Assembly: GCA_044226545.1 (NCBI GenBank)
Contig: JBGAGW010000001.1
Coordinates: forward strand, 199,844 to 263,843
Direction of reading: 5' to 3'
DNA length: 64,000 nucleotides
Origin: Limisphaerales bacterium
GTDB taxonomy: Bacteria; Verrucomicrobiota; Verrucomicrobiia; Limisphaerales; SXQI01
Below the pieces are notes generated by a model. The model was not told the origin of the DNA and did not search any database. It saw nothing but the letters and a program-made list of their open reading frames with translations. Every line of letters begins with the position of its first letter. Position 1 is the first letter of the stretch. The translations under genes and the position numbers were made by a program. Positions 39,146-47,006 of this stretch are shown piece after piece.

Positions 39146-39508
39146 TTACACCCCACGTTCATTCACTATCTGGTTGCCGCTGCCAAGCACAATCACCCGC
39201 GGCTTCCACTTTTTCGCCTCCAACTCATCCAGCACCGCGTAACTCATGATCGTCACCAGGTCCCCTGGCTTGCCCAGATGCGCCGTCGCCCCGTTCAGGA
39301 TAATGCTCCCCTTCCCCCATTCACCCGGGATCGCATACGTCTCGAACCGACTCCCATTCGCCAGATTACTCACCAGAATTCGCTCGTACGGCAGCAAGCC
39401 CGTCTTCTCCATCAAATCCGCCGCGATCGTCATGCTCCCCTCATAATGGAGGCTCGCATCCGTGACCGTCGCACGATGAATCTTTGATTTTAACAAATGG
39501 ACCTGCAT
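39146..39508 (-). CDS. panD: Aspartate 1-decarboxylase
   Basis: 'MQVHLLKSKIHRATVTDASLHYEGSMTIAADLM'. Confidence 0.93.
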   Translation of the reverse strand: MQVHLLKSKIHRATVTDASLHYEGSMTIAADLMEKTGLLPYERILVSNLANGSRFETYAIPGEWGKGSIILNGATAHLGKPGDLVTIMSYAVLDELEAKKWKPRVIVLGSGNQIVNERGV

Positions 39509-39801
39509 TCCAAAAAATTCGCCCCTCACTATAGAGCGTAAACCCCTTTCTTCAACCGCCGCCACTCACTCCCTCGCCCACTCCTACTCGCAGCACCTTG
39601 CACTTCCCCACGAACCCGAAGAGTTCGAATGTGCATAGCTCCGAGCACAGCCCGGAGTTCAGCCAGTCGAAAAACAGACAACCGCGGACGCGGTTCAATC
39701 TCCTCCCTCCGAAAAAAATCGAGTCGCCACCCCGAAGCATCGCAGCTCATCTGTCACATGCCGCCCTGCCTCCCCTCTTCCACCCCGAACCAATTAACTT
39801 C

Positions 39802-39822
39802 CTCCTGATTTCCTGAGTTCCA
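39802..39822. repeat. Second copy (inverted) of the 21-mer TGGAACTCAGGAAATCAGGAG
   Basis: CTCCTGATTTCCTGAGTTCCA is the exact reverse complement of 9817-9837. Intergenic. Confidence 0.8.
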
Positions 39823-39873
39823 AATTATCTATTATCGACTCATCCCGATTTCGGCGATTCGTCTCGCCGTTTT

Positions 39874-40125
39874 TCAATCTTTCTTCCTCCGCTTCTTCCG
39901 GTCCCGCGCCGCCCGCTCCAACAACCTTTTCTTCAATGCCTCACTCCGCTCCATCTCTCTCAACCGATCCTCCGGCGTCGCCGGCGCCAGATACCCAACA
40001 CCCGTCTTCGCAAAAACTGGCTCCGCTTTGTATCGATGCAGATTCGCCAGAGCCTCCTCAATAATGTCCTCGTCCGTGAGGTACTTCAGCAGATCCACTC
40101 GCAACTTCATACCAGCGCTTTTCAT
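39874..40125 (-). CDS. Hypothetical small protein with basic C-terminus
   Basis: 83-aa ORF ending 'RDRKKRRKKD'. No family recognised. Confidence 0.4.
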   Translation of the reverse strand: MKSAGMKLRVDLLKYLTDEDIIEEALANLHRYKAEPVFAKTGVGYLAPATPEDRLREMERSEALKKRLLERAARDRKKRRKKD

Positions 40126-40157
40126 CAGTTTAGACCGCCGCCACCGATAATCCGCTC

Positions 40158-40550
40158 TTCCCCAACGGAAACGGCCTTCAGCCCAATGGTTGTTCCCGGA
40201 TGGAGCGCCAGCGCCGGGATCTACCTTGGGTCAAGCAAGGTAACGGTTTCAACCCGAAGCGGGTGGTGGCACGTCCCCAAGCGAGCTGTTGTTTGCACCG
40301 ATGCGTGCAGGTCTGTATCGTAAGACCGTTGCGCACGGAAAGGAGGCTTCACTCGCCGATCTGGCAGCCAAAACGTCGTCCAACAAGGAAACTCGAGCGT
40401 TGTACAACCCGCATTTCCAAGCAAATCTCCTCAAGGCGAAAATTCAGCATCCGCCCAAAATCACTACTAACAACTTTCCTGATGGCTGACGACAATACAA
40501 CCGCCAGCGATCTGAACTACGCCGACACCCTCTGGAAAGCCGCCGACGCC
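40158..40550 (+). repeat. Copy 1 of a ~390-400-bp direct repeat: REP/MITE-like head + hsdM 5' leader + first ~24 hsdM codons
   Basis: Aligns by eye at roughly 85-90% identity with 40868-41280. Contains ATG at 40482 encoding 'MADDNTTASDLNYADTLWKAADAL', then breaks off. Confidence 0.85.
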
Positions 40551-40565
40551 CTTGGCGGCATCAAG

Positions 40566-40690
40566 CCGGTTTTCCCCAACGGGGAAACGGCCTTCAGCCC
40601 AATGGTTGTTCCCGGATGGAGCGCCAGCGCCGGGAACTACCTTGGGTCAAGCAAGGTAACGGTTTCAACCCCGCAGCGGGTTGTGGCAGT
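40566..40690 (+). repeat. Copy 2 (head only) of the REP/MITE-like element
   Basis: CCGGTTTTCCCCAACGGGGAAACGGCCTTCAGCCCAATGGTTGTTCCCGGATGGAGCGCCAGCGCCGGGAACTACCTTGGGTCAAGCAAGGTAACGGTTTCAACCCC. Starts with the hairpin TTTCCCC-AAC-GGGGAAA. Confidence 0.85.
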
Positions 40691-40867
40691 CCCGAAACGA
40701 GAGTCCGCGCCCAGCCAGCCGCTGCTGCCGGCAACGGCGGCCTGCCGCCACACTTCCTTCCTGATTCATCCTTTCTACTTCCCTCGCCTCGCCATTCACG
40801 GCATCAAGGCCCAAAATTGTTCCCTCCCCCGCGATTACGCCCGCCGCAGCTCGCGATCCGTTCGCTA

Positions 40868-41280
40868 GCCGGTTTTCCCCAACGGGGAAACGGCCTTTAG
40901 CCCAATGGTTGTTCCCGGATGGAGCGCCAGCGCCGGGAACTACCTTGGGTCAAGCAAAGTAAAGGCTTCAACCCCGAAGCGGGTTGTGGCACGTCCCCAA
41001 CCGAGCTGTTTGTTTGGACCGATCGTGCAGGTCTGTATCGTAAGGCCGTTCCGCACGGAAAGGAGGAACTTCACTCGCCGAGCTGGCAGCGAAAACGTCG
41101 TCCAACAAGGAAACTCGAGTGTCGTACTACCGCATTTCCAAGCAAATCTCCTCAAGGCGAAAATCCTTTACGCATCCCCCCAAAATCACTACTAACAACC
41201 TCGCTTCCTGATGGCTAACGACAATGCAACCGCCAGCGATCTGAACTACGCCGACACCCTCTGGAAAGCCGCCGACGCAC
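40868..41280 (+). repeat. Copy 3 of the ~400-bp repeat, continuous with the hsdM remnant
   Basis: Same head, leader and 'MANDNATASDLNYADTLWKAADAL' as copy 1. Confidence 0.85.
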
Positions 41281-41760
41281 TTCGCGGCCAAGTCGATGCC
41301 GCCGAGTACAAACACGTCGTTCTCGGCCTCCTCTTCCTCAAATACATCTCCGACTCGTTCGAATCCCGTCGCGACGACCTCCGCGCCGAACTTACGCGTG
41401 ACGGCATCAAAGGCGCGCAACTCGACGGCCTCCTCGAATCCCGCGACGAGTACACCGCCGAGCGCGTCTTCTGGGTCCCGCCCGAATCCCGCTGGCCGAA
41501 CCTCCAGAACCAGGCCACCCGGCCCGACATCGCCACCCTCATCGACGACGCGATCCTCGCCGTCGAGCGCGACAACCCGAACCTCAAAGGCAAACTCCCC
41601 CGCGATTACGCCCGCCGCGGCATCGGCCAAGCTCGGCGAACAACCCGCCGATACCTTCCTCGCGACCAGAAACGCGACCTCAAGAGCGGACATCGTGCTC
41701 GCTGATCAGCCCTTCTACGGCGAAGACTGTTCCGGCCAGCTTTCAGCTTCGAGGGAATAG
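41211..41760 (+). pseudogene. hsdM: Type I R-M methyltransferase subunit remnant (N-terminal domain, internal deletion, frameshift, degenerate motif IV)
   Basis: 'LWKAADALRGQVDAAEYKHVVLGLLFLKYISDSFE...NPNLKGKLPRDYARR' is the HsdM_N domain. A shifted frame then reads 'LGEQPADTFLATRNATSRADIVLADQPFYGE', equivalent to the region around NPPF motif IV, here DQPF. The SAM-binding core is absent. Confidence 0.8.
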
Positions 41761-42567
41761 CGGCATCCAGTCGGAATCGTCGGCGTGGAGAATGGCGAGG
41801 GAGTTGTTGGGGCATTGGTGTGCAAGAACGAGCACCAAGCCGCAGTCGCCGAACCCCAGTGGTTTGGCTGGAGACGCGCGATTACAATAGTGCTTTACCC
41901 GCCGTTTTTCATACTCCGAAAAGTGCGAGCAATCAGCGTGCGGCAGGCTGTCGCGCGTACCGAGATGCCGATGTGAAAGCAGATCAACACGGGTCTCGGT
42001 CCGCACGCGTTGCTCACCAACCACGAAAGAGGCGACCGTCAGCAGGTAAACGTGTCCCACGCCTGCGGAAAGTTCATCAAAAATGTCGATCCAAGCGTCG
42101 ACGGCCTGCTTGCCGGAGCCGATGAAGTCATCAACGAACACCAGCGAATCCTCTGAGCCGAGACGAGCGGAAGGAATGTCGCTACGTCCGATGAATAAAG
42201 GGTTATAGTACCGTTCGGTGAGTCCGTTTGCGAGCCGGAAACGGTGCAGCATTGCATCCCCGCTCTCGCCTGCGGTTCGCGAGAAGGGTGCGAATCGGAA
42301 CTCCCCATGACGCTCAGCCTTTTGACGATGCCACCCCGGAATCCGCGCCAGCAGAGATCTGAATGCTGCATCGATCTCCTCTGCCGGAATGAATTCTACG
42401 GCATCGAGCACGCGCGCGGCAATGCAACGATCGGACTTTGAGAACTGAGTGAGCCACTCCTGCAATTTTGCGTCTGTCACCCCGAACCGATAGCCCTCAA
42501 AGCGCATCCGCCATGTAGCGCGCCGCCGATTGTCGATCGGTGTCTCCGGAGAGCGTGGCTTCCTCAT
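41743..42567 (-). CDS. Phosphoribosyltransferase-like (PRTase-like) protein, third gene of the MTase-ParB-PRTase operon
   Basis: 'EDSLVFVDDFIGSGKQAVDAW' resembles the PRPP-binding loop (hydrophobic run-DD-x3-SG). The ATG at 42565-42567 overlaps the upstream stop (ATGA). The domain call needs profile confirmation. Confidence 0.5.
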   Translation of the reverse strand: MRKPRSPETPIDNRRRATWRMRFEGYRFGVTDAKLQEWLTQFSKSDRCIAARVLDAVEFIPAEEIDAAFRSLLARIPGWHRQKAERHGEFRFAPFSRTAGESGDAMLHRFRLANGLTERYYNPLFIGRSDIPSARLGSEDSLVFVDDFIGSGKQAVDAWIDIFDELSAGVGHVYLLTVASFVVGEQRVRTETRVDLLSHRHLGTRDSLPHADCSHFSEYEKRRVKHYCNRASPAKPLGFGDCGLVLVLAHQCPNNSLAILHADDSDWMPLFPRS

Positions 42568-43517
42568 GGGCGCAGTCTTCGGTCCGCTTTGAGCAGTAGC
42601 GACCGGAGTTGCCTCATCAACTTCTCCATCGCGTCCCACATCTCCCCTTCGCCGTACATGAGTTCGACGTCGATCTCTTCGAGTCGTACAGAGAGATTCC
42701 GAACGTCCTTGATCAGATTACGGGCGAGGGCGTGCGACTCGGCGTCCTTTACCTCCAAAATATCGACCGTCGCCTTCGGGTCATCCGCAAAGGTCTTCAG
42801 GCGGTTCGAGATCGTCTGGACTCGATTCGCCTTGACGGCGTTATTGATGTGCTGTTTGACCACACGAAAGTCCGTGACTGCTTTTAGGCCCTTACTTTCC
42901 CACTTCTCGATCATCTGGTCCGTAAACTTGACCGGTTTGAACCAGTCGAACTTCCGGACGTTCCGGTCGTGTCGGACAGGATATAGCTCAATGAAAAAGT
43001 CGGCCTTCGTGCGCTGCTCTGGATTTGGGTCGAGCATCATCTCCTGATACTTCTTCTCGTAGGAAAGAAGCTTCTTGCAACGCACCACTACGGCCTCATC
43101 AAGACCCGTCAGTGCGGCCACGCGCTTGTTGTTCGAGTCCTTGGTTTCCTCCATCAGCAGTTCGAGCTTGAGCGCGGTCGGCATCAGTTCCCAGTCTTCG
43201 CGCAGTTTATGGATCTGGAACATCGTCACGATGTTTTGAACCAAAGTCGGTTCCTCGACCTCATTCGCAGGCACCTTGTTCAGGCCGATCGCTTTAGCGC
43301 ACATCCACCGCCGTTGGCCGTCGAGTATGACGTAGCGCTTCGTCTTCGAATCGCGATAAACGGTGAGAGGGACGAGTACGCCCACCTTTGCAATAGACGA
43401 CTGTAGGGTTTCGAGGGGGAGTTTGTCGAACAGCCGCCGTGGATTGTGCGGGTTCGGGTCTAGGCTATCGACCTCGATCTGCTTAACACCGATAACTTGT
43501 GCCCCAAGCTCACTCAT
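42564..43517 (-). CDS. ParB/Srx N-terminal-domain protein with HTH and helical C-terminal region
   Basis: 'IEVDSLDPNPHNPRR', 'VLVPLTVYRDSKTKRYVILDGQRRWMCAKAIG' (GxxRxxA arginine-patch-like), 'NKRVAALTGLDEAVVVRCKKLL' (HTH-like). The ATG at 43515-43517 overlaps the Dam stop (ATGA). Confidence 0.75.
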   Translation of the reverse strand: MSELGAQVIGVKQIEVDSLDPNPHNPRRLFDKLPLETLQSSIAKVGVLVPLTVYRDSKTKRYVILDGQRRWMCAKAIGLNKVPANEVEEPTLVQNIVTMFQIHKLREDWELMPTALKLELLMEETKDSNNKRVAALTGLDEAVVVRCKKLLSYEKKYQEMMLDPNPEQRTKADFFIELYPVRHDRNVRKFDWFKPVKFTDQMIEKWESKGLKAVTDFRVVKQHINNAVKANRVQTISNRLKTFADDPKATVDILEVKDAESHALARNLIKDVRNLSVRLEEIDVELMYGEGEMWDAMEKLMRQLRSLLLKADRRLRP

Positions 43518-44422
43518 GGCGCCTCCGGCCTCGGAATGGGCAGGTTCGTGATTAGCAATTCCGCCGCTATCTTGCGCTTGGATGCGAAGCCGGCTATGTG
43601 TCGGCGGACTTGAACGGTGGTCCAATTCCAGTGCTTGGCGATCTCGCGTGCCCGCGGGCAATCGGCGTAGGAGACCAGGAATGACGCAGAGCGTTCTTCA
43701 ATCCGGTCGAGATGTCGCGACAGACGGTTAAGATCATCTCCACCGAACGACCGCTTGCCGTATTCGACGAAGGTGCGAACGCCAGTGGCGGCAAAAGGCG
43801 GATCAAGATAGACGAAGTCGCCTTTGCGAACGCGTCGTAAGGTTGCGCCGAAATCGCCTCGAAGTAGTAACGCTTTCTTCAAAAGGTCTGATGTGGTGCT
43901 GAAATCGCATTGGCGCGGATACTGTCCTTGGTCAGCGCCGAATGGCACGTTGAAATCGCCATTGAGATTCGTACGAAAAATGCCATTAAAGCAATTGCGA
44001 TTCAGATAAACGAACTGCGCGGTCCGCTCGACGGCGGCAGTCGATGTGTTGTATGATCGTCGCACTTGGTAATAGGTTTTCGAGTCGCGAGGAATAGCGT
44101 AAAGCGCTTCCGCAACTGCACGGGGCTTATCACGGATCGTTTCATAAGCGTCCATTAATGCGGAATTAAGGTCGGCGAGAATTGCGACCTTAGGCTTAAG
44201 TTTCAGGAATAGGCAGGCCGACCCAACGAAAGGCTCAACATATCTTTCAAACGTGTCGTTCCAGAAAGCTGCGAGGCAGGCGAGCGTCTTTCTTTTGCTT
44301 CCGGCCCAGCGAAATATTGGCACGACGTCACCAAACGCTAAGCGATCGTCACTTGGCCGATTATCCAACGAGACACAAGATTTCACTTCAGCGCTTCGGG
44401 CGTTTTGTCTCGTGAGTTTCAT
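43514..44422 (-). CDS. Dam-family (D12 class) N6-adenine DNA methyltransferase
   Basis: 'FRWAGSKRK', 'VEPFVGSACLF', 'YLNRNCFNGIFRTNLNGDFNVPFG', 'DFVYLDPPF'. Start uncertain: ATG 44422 is proposed, and the ORF is open to 44566. Confidence 0.85.
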   Translation of the reverse strand: MKLTRQNARSAEVKSCVSLDNRPSDDRLAFGDVVPIFRWAGSKRKTLACLAAFWNDTFERYVEPFVGSACLFLKLKPKVAILADLNSALMDAYETIRDKPRAVAEALYAIPRDSKTYYQVRRSYNTSTAAVERTAQFVYLNRNCFNGIFRTNLNGDFNVPFGADQGQYPRQCDFSTTSDLLKKALLLRGDFGATLRRVRKGDFVYLDPPFAATGVRTFVEYGKRSFGGDDLNRLSRHLDRIEERSASFLVSYADCPRAREIAKHWNWTTVQVRRHIAGFASKRKIAAELLITNLPIPRPEAP

Positions 44423-44589
44423 TTTCGACCGATTATCAGAAAAGGTCCGCCTGACGCAAGTTTTTGCCGGAAAGTACGGCAAGTGCAATTCCGCAGCAAA
44501 GATTAACCCGTTGTAGCCTTCTTTCAGCCTCTGATTTACTCCGCGGCCTTGGACGCCTACCTGCAACCGTGCTCCGAATCTATCTAGGC

Positions 44590-45010
44590 GCGATGAACCA
44601 CGTCTTCGAGATGCAGTACACCGTCGGTGACGAGATGCGATGGCACGCGAAACGGCATGGCCAGGAACTTGGCCTGAACGAAGGACGAAACCGCCTTTTA
44701 CAATGCCTTCGCCGAAACGGCTCGGCCAAACAGGTCATGAAATCCCACCAACTCCGCCTCATGGGCCCGCGAACTCGCCGAGATGGTCAAACGCATGCCC
44801 AAACTGGATTGGACCCAACGCGAAAGCGTCCGCGCCGACCTCCGCCGCAAAGTCCGCCGACACTTAGCCATGTACGGCTACCCTCCCGACCTCTCCGAAG
44901 ACGCCGCCCAGCTCGTCCTGAAACAAGCCGAACTCTCCACCGAAAATGTGGTCGCATTGCCTCATCTGAAAATGTTACCGAAGGGGAGCCTCGGATTGAG
45001 GGATCGTTGA
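44590..45010 (+). pseudogene. hsdR: Type I restriction enzyme R subunit C-terminal remnant (DUF3387-like), multiply frameshifted
   Basis: Three different frames give 'DETAFYNAFAE', '[15 protein letters not shown]' and '[53 protein letters not shown]'. This is the characteristic HsdR C-terminal tail. Confidence 0.75.
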
Positions 45011-46304
45011 CTCATATTCATGGTTACCGAGGGACGGAGCTGTATTCGAGCATCTTTTTAGGTCGTGGTTTGCGAGTTAGAACGAGCCGGAGCGCTGCTG
45101 CGAGCCTTAGCTCGCGCTCCGGCGGGCGAGGTCTTGGTGCACCTTTCTTTGCAGTTCAAAAATGCGCCGCAACTTCTGGTCGATCCTTCTGCGCAACTTG
45201 AGCGGATCCAGCCCGGAGCGAATGGCGCGGAGCTTCTCTTTTTGTTCCGGGCTCACCTCCACCGCCTCCAAGAGCCGCGCGTAGGGTGTGCGCGGCGCTT
45301 CGTATCGTTTAACGTATTTGGCGCCGACTCTGGTTTTTTCGAGCAGCTTGAAGGTCGGGCAGAAGAAGTTGGTCAGCCAATGCCATTCGTTTTCGTAGAG
45401 GTCATTGAGCAAAGGGATGATCTCAGGGCGATCCAACCGATCGTAGCCCAGCAACTGCCGGACCGCGCTCCAGTTCTTTTGCTCCACATGGGCGTTATCG
45501 TTCTTGTGGTAGGGACGCGAGCGGGTGAACTGCACCGGCTTTGGCCGCTGTCGGTAATGATCCCAGAGCGCATAGTTCAAAAACTCGCTGCCATTATCAC
45601 AGTCAAAGCCCAGCCATGGAAACGGTGAATCGGTTTCCGCAGCCTGTAAATGCTGGTGAATAGCAGCATGGCCCTTGTTCCAGACCGCGCGGCATTGCAC
45701 CCAGCCGCTGTGCACATCGGTGAAGGTTAGCGACCAGATGAAGTCGCCCGAAAGCGATCCTCCACAATGCGCCACCGTATCGGCTTCCAAATAACCGGCA
45801 CCCTCGATCTCCGAATGATCGGTGCGGATGGGAATGTGTTTCTTCAGCAATGACCCCGGCTTGGTTCCACAGCGTCGTTTGCGGCCCAGCCGGGCGCGCG
45901 ACGAGCTCAGCAGCCGGTCCATCGTGGCCGGGCTCATGGTCAACAGTTGACGCTTGGCCTGCCGCGGCGCCTCCAGATAGTTCACCCAGTCTGGCGCCGC
46001 CGCCTTGAGCCGCTTGGAACACATCTGATCGCTGGCCAACCAAAAGCTTTTCAACAGCGCGACCGCTTCTTCCCCATAGCGCCGCCGCGGGCCTGGCTTT
46101 CTCCTAGGGCGCGGCACCCGCGCCAGCAAGCGCACCGCATGCTTGCGGTGATACCCGCAATTGACACAAAACTCGTCCAGGATCCTCGACTTGTGGACCC
46201 GCCCCGCCCGGGCATACCGCCCGCGGATCCTCTCCAGATATTCCTTCCGGCTTGGCAGACTCATAACGCCATTTTCCTCGGTAACATGAATTATGAGTCA
46301 ACGA
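45004..46304 (-). mobile_element. ~1.3-kb IS element with ~29-bp imperfect terminal inverted repeats
   Basis: TCGTTGACTCATATTCATGGTTACCGAGG (45004-45032) versus the reverse complement of CCTCGGTAACATGAATTATGAGTCAACGA (46276-46304). No target-site duplication seen. Confidence 0.8.
45107..46264 (-). CDS. rve-type DDE transposase/integrase (IS481/ISNCY-like; family unresolved)
   Basis: N-terminal HTH-like region. Candidate DDE triad in 'YLEADTVAH', 'GFDCDNGSEF', 'YHKNDNAHVEQKNW'. Confidence 0.85.
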   Translation of the reverse strand: MSLPSRKEYLERIRGRYARAGRVHKSRILDEFCVNCGYHRKHAVRLLARVPRPRRKPGPRRRYGEEAVALLKSFWLASDQMCSKRLKAAAPDWVNYLEAPRQAKRQLLTMSPATMDRLLSSSRARLGRKRRCGTKPGSLLKKHIPIRTDHSEIEGAGYLEADTVAHCGGSLSGDFIWSLTFTDVHSGWVQCRAVWNKGHAAIHQHLQAAETDSPFPWLGFDCDNGSEFLNYALWDHYRQRPKPVQFTRSRPYHKNDNAHVEQKNWSAVRQLLGYDRLDRPEIIPLLNDLYENEWHWLTNFFCPTFKLLEKTRVGAKYVKRYEAPRTPYARLLEAVEVSPEQKEKLRAIRSGLDPLKLRRRIDQKLRRIFELQRKVHQDLARRSAS

Positions 46305-46334
46305 CTGCTTTGGCCCGCGCCAACCCCCTCCGCC

Positions 46335-46362
46335 CCGGTAACATTTATTGTGAGTCAATTCG
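46335..46362. repeat. Extra solo copy of the IS right-end inverted repeat
   Basis: CCGGTAACATTTATTGTGAGTCAATTCG resembles 46278-46304 and lies 30 bp outside the IS. Confidence 0.6.
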
Positions 46363-46499
46363 TGGTCTGATCCAGCCCGCCCCTTTTCCTTGATCTACAG
46401 CCCATTTTCGAGCATCTTCAACCAATAGCCTTCGGGCCAGCGTGACTGCAAAGTAATCTCGGAAGATTCCTCTGCACTCCCGCTCAGCAAGAATGGGTA

Positions 46500-46539
46500 G
46501 GACAGGCGCCCTCGCCTGTCTTTGGCGGCGCCTCGCCGC
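46500..46539. repeat. Two adjacent GC-rich hairpins (REP-like)
   Basis: GACAGGCG-cct-CGCCTGTC (the ccct loop with its last c closing the stem) and GGCGGCG-cct-CGCCGCC. Confidence 0.5.
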
Positions 46540-47006
46540 CAATCCTTCTTCCGCCGAAGGCCAAATAAAAAGTTTGCGCCATGAGAACATTCGCCTCTTC
46601 CCGTTATAGCCATCGGACCTCTTCAGCTTCGTCGCATCGCCCCGTGTTCGGGTCCATTGGTGTCCTTTCGTGGTTAAAAGTCGCTGGTGGAATCTCTCTC
46701 CCGCTCCAGCTCCGCAAATCTCTACTTACCCAGTCGAGATACGTGTACCTCCATCCGAAAAATTTCCGTGGGACAAAATGTTGCCTTTTCCGTCGTAAGT
46801 CCTTGATTTCGCATTTTTCCCCTCAATATTTCGCGCTGGTTGCACCGCCTTGTAACGCTTATCCCGCAAGGTTTGGCTTTATTCCTCCGCGCCCTCCGCG
46901 GCTCCGCGTGGGACCCTTTCAAAGCAACCTCCATTGCACCCGCCCCCGGAAAACAGTATGCTGCTCGCGCAAGGAGGAATTGTGACGCCGTGACAGGCGT
47001 GCGTTT

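Noticed and set aside
40158-41280. The repeated units could be a CRISPR array.
   Set aside because: The units are 115-400 bp, not 25-40 bp. The 'spacers' are hsdM fragments, and no cas genes are present.
41743-42567. Calling the PRTase-like gene part of a retron.
   Set aside because: No reverse transcriptase gene or msr/msd-like inverted-repeat structure lies within the island.
42564-43517. Interpreting the ParB-like gene as a chromosome or plasmid partition locus.
   Set aside because: There is no adjacent ParA/Walker ATPase gene, no visible parS-like repeat cluster and no replication genes. The gene is translationally coupled to a methylase and a PRTase-like gene instead.
44464-45201. A 245-aa plus-strand ORF spans the Dam upstream region, the hsdR stub and the IS end.
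   Set aside because: It is an Arg/Pro/Ser-rich read-through of unrelated segments. The homologous HsdR C-terminal sequence is split across other frames.
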